DNA from: Cystobasidiomycetes sp. EMM_F5
Lineage: Eukaryota
Assembly (NCBI GenBank): GCA_051047955.1
Contig: JBPGPT010000027.1
Span: forward strand, 1 to 64,000
Direction: 5' to 3'
DNA length: 64,000 bases
The position numbers were made by a program, and so were the translations under genes. Below are positions 11,801 through 24,245 of this stretch, in pieces (positions within the stretch are counted from its first letter, which is position 1; every line of letters begins with the position of its first letter). The notes beneath the pieces are model-generated. The model was not told where the DNA came from. It searched no databases and worked only from the letters and a program-made list of their open reading frames with translations.

Positions 11801-13723
11801 GCTTCCGCAAACGCAGCGCATTCGGCTCGGATTACGCGAGCGCGAAGACAGGTAGCTTCGGCATTGAGCAGCACCGCCCAAAGGCAGCTTTCTGCGACCG
11901 CTGCGGATGCTACGAAAGCCCCAGCTGATCCGGACGAGAAGGCAGAAAAAGTGTTTCCCCCGCCATCGACAGCAGTCATGCGATCTCCGAGCCGTGTTCT
12001 GCCGAGAAAGCGGCCTATCGCACCATCGGCGTCTGACGACGATTCGCGCGAGGAAGCAGCCCCTGTGCCAACGCGACGAGCGGGACGTGTTATGGCTGGA
12101 ACGAGAGCAAGGAAATCTTCCAGTACTTCGGCTCCTCCAGCTCCGCCTCGCTCGCCCACCCGAGTTCTGCTGTCTCCGCAAAGGCCACGCTCGCGAGGCG
12201 TTCCCGCAGCACTCCGTACTACCAACACTTCCTCTCATAGCACGGCTGCACTTACACCTATTGATTGGCCGCATGCCATTGTGACGCAAGCCCGCTCGCA
12301 GTTCGATGGACCATACTCACCAGATGCAATGCGACGAGCGACGCGAATATTCGGCTCGAAAGACTCGTCGTCTGCAAATTCTGTGCCAGAAGGTCAAGTA
12401 GTAGTCAAGCCTGTCCCCGCTTCCCCGATCAAAGGACTTCAGCATCATCTGAAGAATATGCAGACACCTGGCCTGCTTGATCTGGCAATCGCTCCTGAAG
12501 CGTTGGTCTTGTCAAATAAGATGGAGATACCTGCCAATTTTGACGAGAAGGATTGTGAGCTGCGGTCGTCACTACCGGTCCGCCCGACCCAACTTCCGCG
12601 AAATCCGACCGATCCGCACCGGGCGCTTTCGGAACAGCCGCATGCCTCCCCACGGAGAGTGCCATCATCACAACGAGCTCGCCAAACTCCACGAGCCGGT
12701 GTCAGTGATGTCGTTGAACAATCAGATCTTCCGCGCAGAGCGCTATCTGCCGGTCCAGTTTTGACAGCCACTCCAGCCGCCACCGTGTCCACAGTTCCGG
12801 ACGTGGGTAAAACGCCTTCAACAACTATCGTATCTGCTCATTCCGCTGCCCCAGTTATTTCGGCGCAGCACAAGCAGCGGAGCGCACGACCGCAGAGACT
12901 ACTACCTGTGCTCAATGTTAAGAGTCTGGAAGTCGCCGCGTCTCCCACGAAACCCGCGGCTGCTCGCCAATCGACAGTAAGACAATCAGGGAGGCAGTCT
13001 ACAATATCCACAGCAGTGCCATCAGCAATCATGGCGCCCAAATTGACCGCGCCTCAGCTGTCTGTTCTGACTGCCAAGAATACTGCCTTCAATCAACAAC
13101 CATATAACAGGTTGGATGTCACAACCGTCTACATAGACGAGAACAGGCCGCCGAGCCCTACTAGCAAAATTCGTAAAGCGGTACCAGATCCCAGTGACAA
13201 GATTACGAAAGCAAGGAGCGCTAAACGCGTGAAGCGTTGCGAGGCGCAAGCAGTAGTAGCATCTCAACCTGAGCAGGCTATCGAACACATCTCTGCTCAA
13301 GTGGATAAAAATGGCAAGATACCTCATTTCCTGGCTCCAGGGGATGATAGCCTCTTCGAAAGCCCTGTGAAGGCGGCTCAATCGGCATTCGCAGACGCGC
13401 CGACTGCATTCCTGAACAATTCGACGCATGCAGTCAAGTGGGATCGCAAGTTGCAGACTGCCTCTCCGGAGGTGATTCATACTCCCCGTCGAGCGCGCGC
13501 GAGGGCGGATAGGTCATTAGTGACCGGCGCAATCAGACTCGTGAGTCGTCAAAGAGGGCCATATAGGGTGTCAGCTGAAGCATTTCACGTCGCACAGGCT
13601 GCCGTCGACCTGGATGCTTTCGGCAATTCGGCGGAATGCAAGGCGTCTCTATCACCCGCTGTACCACGATGCTCTGTGCCCGTGAACAGGGTGGTATATA
13701 AAGATGATGAACCCAGTCGATAA
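8802..13723 (+). CDS. Large (~1600 aa) low-complexity, probably disordered hypothetical protein
   Basis: ORFs 8802-10478 and 10400-13723 are joined by a GTGAGA...GCTAAT...TTCAG intron (~10369-10421). S/T/P/R-rich, with a C-terminal block (LTAKNTAFNQ..RPPSPTSKIR..HFLAPGD..VKWDRKL) that looks conserved. A further small intron near 13540-13597 is possible. Confidence 0.7.
9635..9927 (+). repeat. Coding minisatellite, 63-69 bp unit, ~4.4 copies
   Basis: Encodes AEKGLLPVGIQPLTSEQGHQQ-like 21-23 aa units. Two central copies are near identical. Confidence 0.92.
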
Positions 13724-13977
13724 GTCATACGCTTGGATGAGTTGTCATGTCAAACCTTCGAAATCTACCAGGGCAGTATGCTATCAAGAAAGAACACAAT
13801 ACGGGAACAACAGAATGTATTCCGTGAGAATGTACATTCGCGAGAATTATTTTTCGGCAGCTAAATATCGCATCTTAGTGAATTGTATTTAATGTACCTC
13901 AGAGCAGCTGAATCTGATACGCAATGTCTCTACCATTTGTGAATCTGCTTTGTCGGACTTCTCGGTCGCATTCGCGA

Positions 13978-15338
13978 TCAGAAGGCCGTTCCTGTTGGCA
14001 AAGCTGCTACATAGCCACTCGTCCTGCCGGATAACGTAAAGGTGGCTGTAGCCGTGACTCGGGTGCCGCTTATGCCGTCAAGCTGAGTGTACCATCAGAA
14101 TCTCTAATCTGCTGTCTCAGAATCGCCAAGAGGGAGGCAGCCTACCTCGATGCACACAGCCACGCCGTTAGCATTCGGAATGCACTGCACAAAGTCAAAT
14201 TCTATGTTTAATGCTTGTCGTCAGCTCGTTCATGCGATAGGCGTCCAATCGATTGTACCTCTGTTCGATCCTACAACGAGGTCATCCACCCAAGCAGTCG
14301 GGCCGAGGTCCAGATATTCTATGTAACGAGCCGTCAGGGAAACACTTGAATGCGCAGCCGGTGCGTCTTGTATGGAAGTGCGACATACCAGTTCCCGCTG
14401 CGATAGAGACCGTTGCTCCAGCCGAGTTGGTGTACGGTACTGGAGTCGCTTTCTGCAGCAATACATCACTGGCGGTACCCGTACCAGCGTATGTAAAGCC
14501 CGAAAAGTCGACCGCATTAGGCGCCCATGCTGTAATGGTTGTTCGTGTAGGTGTAGGTGTAACAACTGGGCCAGTGACAGCAGCTCGGTAGCCGGTTGTA
14601 GCACCAGTCAACGTGAATGTGGCCGTCTTGGTTGGTTTCGTAGCGCTAACACCTGCCAGCTAAGAGTGCGGGCGGCCAAGTCAGCCTACGCTGCATGCGA
14701 CAAGCATTCATAGGGCGGTTCATCTCTCTCACTTCGACGCAACGAGCCACACCGTTCGCCCCGACCGAGCATTGCACGTAGTCAAAATCTGTACAAAATG
14801 TCCTCAATAAGCACGAGTTGAATGAGCACGGCTTGAGTGAACCTAGATGCTTCGCTTGCCTTGGTTCGGTCCTGAAATCAACTCATCGATAATACCAGTT
14901 GGGCCAAGATCCAAGTATTCTACGGTCGAATCGTTTCAGATTGGAAGCTCAACTGGGATGCGTGTCTTACCTGTACCAATGTTGACTGAGACAGTCGCGC
15001 CTGCACTGTTTGTGTAGGCCTGATTTCCAACGGCCTTCAGTATCTTATCCGATGCTGATCCTGTACTGATCAAAGTCCAAGTCTTGGTGTTGAAATCCAC
15101 TCCGAACGGACCCCATGCCGAGATGGTGGTTATGAGTGGGTTACCGCCACCGGCCCCACCCGCTACTGGTGTGGACGAGCTGACTTGGCCTGAATCGATG
15201 GTAACTGCCTCTTAGCTGCTGGCAACATGTTGGCAAAGCAGTTTTACCTGGAAAACTTAGTTGAGGGATGGGACTGCTCGCAATCCCGGCCACAAGGAAG
15301 AAGGCCAAACCGACTGTACGGGACTGGATGCGGATCAT
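13978..15338 (-). CDS. Secreted protein (~305 aa, 8 exons) with two tandem ~120-aa Thr/Gly-rich domains
   Basis: Signal peptide MIRIQSRTVGLAFFLVAGIASSP. Manual splicing gives an open frame with duplicated motifs (TIxAW.P..VDF; YTNSAGATVS; EYLDLGPT; FDxVQC...ANGVAxC.E; TATFTL.G.T.GY). Confidence 0.85.
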
Positions 15339-15800
15339 GTTGTCCCCGTGAGTTCTGGTGGTGTGGCTTACGGCAGCGGCGCAGTAGAGACAGTCAAAAG
15401 CCAAGCTCCAACGGCGATTCTGACTACTCAGATTGGGAGATGCCCGTTGACACTCATGCGGAGACCGTATCAGCGTATACCCGGGGCTGCGAACGTGTCC
15501 TACGTGCCGCAATCACGGCTATATCTGCCTAGGATAGTGCTAAATTGCTTCCGCGTGTCAGCATGCCCTGCACTCTACCGTGCTGCCGTGCTGTCATTTA
15601 TTAGTGCGGGGTCCAGAGACCACTTTTGTGCCTGAGGCGGCTCCCGCGAGCGTGACCCACAGAAACTCTGGCGCAGGTGCAGACTCTCGGTCGCGTGCGG
15701 GTGCAGCTGTGGCTTCGTAAATACGTAGGCTTCGTACGGTGGCATCAGTGGGGGATCAAGCAGAACTTGAAGCAGCGGATTAGCACAAGCGATTCTCTGC

Positions 15801-17427
15801 ATGAGCAACGTCAGGTCAGCAGCTGCCAGCTCGGCTCGTCGCAGAGATGCAACGGGGCGCGCTCATGACGGGAAGAGCGGGCTCTCGGCCAGTCCTTGCC
15901 TGTCGAGTCAGTCGGCGTCAGCATCAATATCGCTGCCAGAGCAGCCGAGAGCTCTTGGAGCGACCCTGTCGAAGCCACGCCGCGCCGCTTTTCGAGCCCT
16001 CTCTGTCGCTGCTTGCCTGGTGGTGCTGGGCTTTGCGGCCTACGGGGTGTCCATGTACAACGCCGTGCACAGCGGGAGATGGTCGCTGATACAGGTGCCC
16101 TTCAAGATGCGGCTGGATCCAAACGTCTGGATGCGCATTCCGAGCTACAGTCAGTACGACATCATGCGGGCAGGATGGGGGAGTTCCGTGGTGGGCGTCG
16201 ACGACGACGAGCTCGTCTCGTCGCAAGCTGCGCCCCACCCGAGTGACCTGCAAGATTCTTACGACACTGTGCTCGAGCTGCACGACTTTGACGGCAACTC
16301 TTCTCCACCCAGAACGAGCGATGAGCAGCACGTTTTAATCCTCACCCCGCTAAAAAATGCCGCGCATGCACTTCCAAGCTTCTTCAAGCTGCTCGAATCC
16401 TTTACACATCCAAAGAGCAATACATCCATAGCTTTTCTGATGGGCGACATCCAAGACGACACGCCAGCCATTCTCGAAGCTTGGGTAGCGCGTACTGTGC
16501 AGCGCAAGGTGTATCGCAAGATTACCGTTCTAAATAAGAGCTTCGGTCTCGTATCGCCGTCAGGCGAAGTCAGGCACAAGGAGACGGTACAAGGTCAGAG
16601 AAGGTGAGGTCCTTCATCGACGTTAGCGTGTCATCATTTGCCGACGAGGTTGACGCGCAGACAGATCATGGCGAAAGCTCGTACCCTGCTTCTCACCGCC
16701 ACGCTTGATGCAACTGTCGATTGGGTCCTTTGGCTTGACTCTGATCTAGAAGAAGCTCCTCCGACGCTCATCAAGGATCTAATGTTTTATGGAAACGTTG
16801 GAACGATTCCGCACCAACGATTGCTGCGGGGTATCGAAACATCACCCGCTGACATCGTGACGCCCAACATCGTCGTAAAGAAGCACAAGACAGTGGAGAC
16901 GTACGACATGAATAGCTGGGCCGAGACTGTAGAGTCTGTGCAAATGAAGGAAACTTTGCCAGACGATCAGATACTGTATGAAGGCTACGACTTGACTCTT
17001 CGGACGTATCGCAATCACTTGACAAGAGCTTGGAGGAGGCCCAATATATCGTCGACATGGGACTATCTTTCCGCTTCCTACCCATACAACGCAGCGCTTG
17101 AGGGTCCGACGAACTTGTACGACCCGACTTCAGAAGCCTACGAAGGCGTCCAAATGCAGCTCGATGCTGTAGGAGGTGTCTGTACGCTAGTCAGAGCCTA
17201 TGTGCATCGATTTGGCGGTGTTTTTCCGAGCTGGATCGAAGATCATCAAGTCGAGACGGAAGGCTTCGGAGTTCTGGCAAAGCAGCGTCTTGGTGCGCGT
17301 ATTGTAGGGCTGCCGAACTACCTTACATACCATCGTAAGTTCGAAAGACTCGCCAATCGAAGCTGGAAAAAGTGACTACAGGCTAAAATGACCGTGCGTG
17401 CTAGTTTCACCAGAGAAGCGAACGTGA
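15801..17427 (+). CDS. Anp1/Mnn9/Van1-family (GT62) mannosyltransferase
   Basis: N-terminal TM anchor, VLILTPLKNA, MAKARTLLL, WVLWLDSD (DxD), YDMNSW, LDAVGGVCTLVRA and ETEGFG..A. Two introns; the last exon ends LSPEKRT*. Confidence 0.9.
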
Positions 17428-17889
17428 TCATTTTGTCACAAGTCACAGAGCAAGATTCAGCGCATATGCAAACGGCGACATGGACACTGTCAGATGCAAC
17501 TCGCTGTAGTAGTATCGCGTACTCGTGCTTCGATGTGAAAGAAAGAGAGACCTCTCGTGCCTGAAAGGGTTCCCGACCCACAGAGCTGTAGCAGGAGCTT
17601 GGAAGGAGGAATCGCCGGATAGGCAGTCATGTAGGAGTACGGCGGACGTAGTCTCGAGCGGCCGAGCCGTTGTGGTGTAAGGTTAGCACCTATCACGGGC
17701 TAGTGCAGAGTGCAGAGTAAGGGGACATTATACACGCTGCTCGGCATTGCTCAGTATCGGGTATCAGTATACGCGTAGGCACATACGTTTTGCGTGCGTG
17801 TGCATTAGCCAGATCGAGTCAGCCTTACTTTCTTCAGCTCCGACCAGACCAGCCCTTCTGTCTCGTCTGACTCTGACTAATCTCTGTAA

Positions 17890-18847
17890 ATGCCGCTGCG
17901 CGCATCAGCGCTGTCTGAACAAGAGCGGTATGATATTGACCGCGAGTGGGAGAATGGTGAGTGATGCAGTATTCATGCATTCCAAGTGCTAAGTGTCTTT
18001 CTTTGATCCAGAGCGCGCCCAATGTATGGTCAACCTGGCCAGCAAACGGCGAGCTGCCCTACGCTTTGTGCCAGCATTGCGCACAGACGACGAATGGGTA
18101 GCAGAAACCCGTCGAGCTGCTGCTGGAGTGTTGGTTGCAAACAAGAGTATCGATACCAACGACGCCGCGATAGGACACGCCGATTTCTATCGCAGCCTCG
18201 CTCGCAGCGGGACTAGTACACCTACGATACCCAATAACGATGCTTCATCCTCGTCATTGCCGTCCAGGCCAAGCACGTCCAAAGTGACACTCGAGCATTT
18301 AGACATGGTCATTACTGGCAACGGAACGGCAGAAGCACCGCTGGAACTGGATGGCGATGAGGACAACGACGAAGACATGAGCACATCTGTACTCGACACG
18401 GACAATGTCCTGCCAGCTGCTGCAGAGCCAGAAGACAGGTTCTGTCTCGTATGCCAAGTCATCGTCCCAGCTGCCGATGTGCCGCGGCATACTTCTAGCG
18501 TGCTACACAATCTCAACAAGAATCCGCAGCATACAGTCGCTCAGCCGCTCATCCCTCCCACGTATTACGCTCTGCGGAGTAACAATGTCGGATATGCTAT
18601 GTTGACTAAGCTTGGGTGGACAGAAGATTCAGGATTGGGAGCAGCTGGAACAGGTCGGAAAGCGCCTATACGCGCAGTGGAGAAGTTTGACAGAAAGGGT
18701 GTTGGAGTAGAGGTACGGCGGGGAAAACATCTGGCAAAGACAAGGGTCGTTGCTAAACCGCTGGCAAAGAACAAGAGGGAAATGCTTCGAGCGAAAGAGA
18801 GCGAGATGAGGCAATTCAAAGCTGGACTGGCATACCTCAACAGCTGA
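17890..18847 (+). CDS. G-patch domain protein with a C2H2-like zinc finger (GPANK1-like)
   Basis: CLVC..HTSSVLH is followed by SNNVGYAMLTKLGWTEDSGLG..G..PI..KFDRKGVG. First exon MPLRASALSEQERYDIDREWEN. Confidence 0.8.
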
Positions 18848-18965
18848 GAATGTATCCACCGTGTAGCATCTTTTATCATGTAGCCATTCAAACAAATGTG
18901 GCGGAGATTGTACGCGTTTCCAGACAGCTACTGATTGTTTTGTTTGTCTACTCAACAACAATGTA

Positions 18966-21396
18966 ATGGCAGACGAACCCTCTGCAGAAGAGCTGCGTCA
19001 GATTGAGCTGGCCATACAGCTGTCCCTTGGCGGAGGAAACGCAGCAAAGGCATCATCCGACATTATCGTCATTGACGATTCCGAAGATGAAGTTTCAAAA
19101 CAGGTAATCAAGACTCCGGCTCTTTTCGCAGCGCAAGACGATTCCGCTACTGAAGAGAGTGATGTAGAGCATGTCGCGCAGCAGCCTGGTCCATCTCGAA
19201 AACGTGCAGACCGTTCGCCAGAATGCGTGTCACAAAATAACCGAAACAAACGGAAACGCATTGATGACGTCGAGAAGCCGAATAATCCTGTCCCATCTAC
19301 GCTCTCCGTCGTATCATCTGCGCTCGGTGGAATTTCGCGAGCTGAAATGGAAAAGGAGAGATTAGCGCGAGCAGCTGCCCGACAAGCTACGGCTGGTCCT
19401 AGTGTATCGATGCAAAAAGTCCAACCAACCGCATCGACGTTGACACGAATTGCGACTATCTCTTCCTTGGCGGCGGCTAAGGGAGATGCTCCTAGTACTT
19501 CAAGCTCTCACAGCAACCCCATAGCCGGTCCGTCATCGACGAATATAAAGAAGGAAAGACTATACTGGGACGGCGCTATTTTACCGACTGCTTCTCAAGC
19601 TCATTCCGGATACGACTGCTTGTCGTTTGCGGATGTCATTGGCGACGTGAGTGGAACCGTATTCTGTTCCGGCATACATAAAATTATAGGCTATACTAAC
19701 GCGCTGCCGTAGGCAAGCGAACTACAGTCTGCTCTACTTACTACTTTCTGCGGGGAGCCAGAGTGGATATACGGTCACTTTCCGGCTCATGTACGGGTCG
19801 CACTCGTCATGCCATGTAAAGAGCATCATAATTTGGAAGTAATGAACGTTGCGGAGAATTTTCAGGTCATCAATCCGAAGAGGTAAGCGTGCATAGCCAC
19901 GTATAATATTTGTCTTGCTGACTGATTTGTGTTGTAGAGATGCGCCTGGTCGCGGATGTATGCACATCAAGCTTATTCTTGTAAGGAGGTGTCATTGATC
20001 GTTAAAGATAGGCTGACTCGTACTTGCAGCTGTATTACAAGACTCGCTTACGGGCCGGAGTCGTCAGCGCTAATTTAATCGACTATGTAAGCGTGCCTCT
20101 TGTGTGCAGTTGTGGACAAGAGAAGCTGATGCGCTGAGCGAAGGACTGGTCGACTATCGAGAATGTGAGTCATCTGAACTATTGCTTCGAGTACAACGTG
20201 CTAAAACGAGGAGTATGTAGGCCTGCTATGTCCAAGACTTTCCACGCGCTTCGACCCCGCCTGCACCGGACTCTTCCTTTCTCAAGACTCTGCTTCGCAC
20301 ACATGACTCTCTAGGCACGCCTCCGGGACTGTACAAGGAGGCTTTATCAAAGTTTGACTACAGCAAGGCGGACAATGTTCGACTTGTATTATCGGTGCCG
20401 GGCAATCATAAAAGCAAGCGCCATCTACAAGCGAATGGGCACACCGCGCTTGCTACCGCTGTACAAGAGCTGAAACTCAGCACGCCACATCGAGGTGCAC
20501 GCCTGGCACTCGAATGTCAAGGCTCGTCAATCGGCCAGTATACGCTCGACTGGATGCGCAGCTTCTATCGCAGCGCTTTGGGATGGGATCCAGCTGGCCT
20601 ACCTAGTGCCACTGGTTTTGACACGCCGAGTAGTAAACATCAAAAAAAATGGAAAAGCAATGAGTGGCCTGATGTCAAGGTCGTTTATCCGACATTGCGG
20701 ACAGTCGAGAACAGTCTATATGGGCCGGGCGTAAGCCATCATTGGGGTCTTCAACGTTAAGCATGCTTATAGCTAACAAGCCACGTTTTACAGGGCGGAG
20801 GAACACTCTTCTGTTCCACAGAGCAGTTCAAGAAGCCAGGATTCCCGAGACAGCTATTTCATGACAGCCGCTCACAGCGAGAAGGCTTACTACAACATGT
20901 ATGCATATCCTCCGAATACATCGGCTGTTGCTGATCACTTTTTCAGACGAAAATGATTCTTGGTATCGTCCGTCCAGCTGCAATTGAGGAAACGTCACCT
21001 TTTATCAAGCAGCAAGCGCCTTCAGAAATTCCAGATTTCAGGCCGTATGGTTTTCTTTACATTGGCTCGCACAATTTGTGAGTTGCGCACAAAATCAGCA
21101 GAAACGATAAGCTTACGCTCCGATTATTAGTACGCCAGCTGCGTGGGGACGTTATAGCGAGAAGACGGGTAATTTGTCCATTAGTAATCATGAGCTGGGA
21201 GTGATTATCGCGCTGCGAGGGGACGATATAGAGCAGCAAGCCAGCCGTCTAGTAACGTGGAAAAGGCCGCTAAGCAAGTACAAGGATAAAGATTTGCCAT
21301 GGGTGAGCTGCTACGCACCGTGATCTGCTCGTTAAAGCACTGATTCGGCGCACATACTCGCAGGATCAGTTCAAGTACAGAGGGAGCGCCTCGTAG
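18966..21396 (+). CDS. TDP1: Tyrosyl-DNA phosphodiesterase 1 family protein, multi-exon
   Basis: Two HxK motifs after splicing (GCMHIKL..SANL; QHTKMIL..YIGSHN..AAWG), plus LECQGSSIG and KVVYPT. Confidence 0.88.
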
Positions 21397-21687
21397 TCGC
21401 GTAAAGTGTCTGACTGGTGAGATGATGTGCCTGAATGGCTGTACGACCTAGCATACGAGAGCGAACGTAGAGGCTGGCTTTGTAGCTATGTCCAAGGCCC
21501 TGTACTTTTTTCCAACACTGACAGACTGATGATTTCGCCTCGGCTCTCGTTATCGACATGTGTGAGCTCGCTGTATCCGTACCTGACAGCCCTGAGCACC
21601 GCATTCTTTCGGCTTTACCGTGGCAGCTTCAGCGTCAAGACTTCCAGCTCCACCGCACTCTTGCTCAGCACTAACGCGAAGCATTCG

Positions 21688-23378
21688 ATGATGCACGCAA
21701 CTGCTTCCCTACTTTTGCCTAACGCGCCAGCATCTATGCACTCCTCTGTCTTCTGCGCTTCCGACGGGTCCGCAATCACAGGCATAAGCCAGCTCAGTAC
21801 CGGCTTGTCCAGTCTGGCCGCACTGGCTAACATCACAGACCATGACTCGGAGAGTACCATGTCTACCACTTCTAGCATCAATGGCGAACAGGACTCCGTA
21901 GGCAACGGCGCAGATGCATTGGCTGTTCCGGTGGCCGCCACAGAGGTACACTGCTCTCGCACTTAAGCGGCTTTACATGCAGGTCGAATAGTCAATGCTG
22001 ACACTTGATATGCGTTTCGATATGATCGCATGTAGGTTGATGAGATATCCTGCGATACCGAGGCTGGAAATGGTGCGTGCCAGTGGTCCTATACTTACAG
22101 CCTCAAAATGAACCTCAATGCATCTCAGCAGATACACAAAGTCTCAGCGCATCAGGCACTTCTGTTGTCACTGGCACCTTACATCCAGTGGCTCCTTCCA
22201 CTGTCGAGACCGAGCCCCTCCTTGCTGTTACTACCAAGTATACAGCCAATGCTGCCGGTGAGATTGCAAACAGCCATGATTGGATGGGCGGTGGAGATTG
22301 GGATTTGCTCGGGGGCTATCATTACATGTGTGCTAAGGTGGAGCAGTATCGCACGCAATGCATGGCCATCCAGGCATCGGCCGACAGGGTATACGAGACA
22401 AACCAGACCCTGCAAAACATGGTGAACACTCGCGAGGCAGAAGTGGAGAGGTCGAGGCTTTACATCGAAAGCAATCGTGAAACCGCCGAGAATGCGCGTA
22501 GAAAGATAGCCCAGCAAGATGATTCTATCAAGGACCTGCAGCGGAAATTTCAAGACCAAGTACATCGGGCAAGCGTCGCTTGCCAAGAACGCGATCAGCT
22601 TATTGAGACCAATCAGTCGCAGCATGCATTGATCGCCGAGCATGAGCGCGAAATGCAGCACAAGACACAAATGCTTGAACAAGCTGCCTCTTATCAAGTC
22701 GATCAGCAGCGTCAAATGGACCAACTCCACATCCAAATGAACGAGCTTTCGGAGCTACGCAGGCAAGAAACTGAAGCCAGAGCTGCGAAGGAAGCACAAC
22801 TTGTTACTGAGGTCGAAGAGTTGCGTCGTACGGATGAGCAGCACAAAGCGCACATCAAGCGCCTGGAGACAGAGGTACAAGCCATTCAGGCGACGCATGA
22901 AGCAATAGCTGCACAGAACGACACCTTGACCACTTCGATTCACAGCAAGGATGCCGAGACTACTCGCTTACGCACTTCGATACACAGCAAGGATGCCGAG
23001 ATCACCCGCTTCCGTTGCATAGAGCAACGTGGACAAGCGGCAGCACAGCAGAAGGATGCTCGTCTTGCCGCAGCCGAGCGTGCACAGCAGAAGCGCGAAA
23101 CCCAGTTGGCCGCAGCGCGAACGCAATTGAGCTCGATGCGCGAGGACGCCGAGGACCTCCGGTCAAATCTAGATCAGCATCGACAAGCATACATGGCATC
23201 GTGGACTGCCTTCAGCAAGACAGAGATGATGCAGATGTTTGATCAGTGGGAACGAGCTTGTGCGGACTACATCAACGGTATCAATTGTGCGTATAACGAG
23301 GCTTCGGACGTCAAGAAACCGGGATATCCCTCTAGACTGCAGAAATACTGCGAGAATGGACGTATGGTTTGGCGTTAA
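21688..23378 (+). CDS. Hypothetical coiled-coil protein (start uncertain)
   Basis: Q/E/A/R-rich heptad pattern over ~300 aa. Upstream exons join through two GT-AG introns near 21946-22037 and 22072-22127. Confidence 0.6.
22931..23014 (+). repeat. 42-bp tandem duplication (two heptads)
   Basis: TSIHSKDAETTRLR / TSIHSKDAEITRFR. Confidence 0.85.
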
Positions 23379-23588
23379 GGACTTCGATACGATACAGTAG
23401 ACCTTAGACAATGTAGCGCTACAAAAGATGTCGAGTTGAGAGAGCCTGGATGAATGAAGCTACACAAGGGAATCAATAGAGCGTGAATATGGCGTTGATG
23501 GTAATGATGGATGCGGCGAATGGGCGGATTCCTCTTACGCCACAATGGGCGCAGTTGACGATGAAAGTTCGTAGTGTGCGCAAGTAAG

Positions 23589-23868
23589 CTACGCCATGGC
23601 CATCTGCTTGTCGTCTTTGAAGGTCGCAGTCTTCTCGTGAGGGTAGGCTACCAGCGTCGCCTCTGACGGTGCCAAGGATCGGACATCGTGCTTCTCGTCT
23701 GTCTCGTCATCGGCCAGGCGAATACCTTGCTTCTTGAGCCTGCAGTACCATTCAGTCAGCCTTGCTAGCGCTTGAAGCTGTTCGAAGCCCGATGGTCTGA
23801 ACACACTCTCTCTTTCGCTTGATCTTCTTGACGGCGCAGTATGTGAGATAGCAGAGTACGCAAAGCAT
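23589..23868 (-). CDS. Putative 70-aa microprotein with a Cys-rich hydrophobic N-terminus and a polybasic patch
   Basis: MLCVLCYLTYCAVKKIKRKRE joins in frame through a GTGTGT..GCTGAC..TGCAG intron to LKKQGIRLADD...QMAMA*. Confidence 0.55.
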
Positions 23869-24245
23869 GATAGGAAAGCGCTGAAAGGAGATATTTGCAC
23901 AGACAAGATGTCGGTGAAGCTTTGCACGCTTGCTTGTAGCGAATAGACCTACATGTGCGTGTAAAGTGTTTGTGTGGCGAATGGACAGCAGTCGGATGAC
24001 CGCAGAGAATCAGGCGAGGCTTGTATACGAAGTTTACGGAACACAGGAAAGGCTTCGTAGACCAAAACAAGTGCATTACGGAAGGCCGCACAGCATATGT
24101 ACTAGTCTGAATGGTTGCTATTACCGGCTTTGTTTGTGTAGCCCTAACCTGCTGATATCATCATTACATGCTGGACACAGCTATGAACATGCTGGCGAAT
24201 ATGATTCTTTTTATAGAAGTATGCTCGCCAAAGCCACTATGGTGC

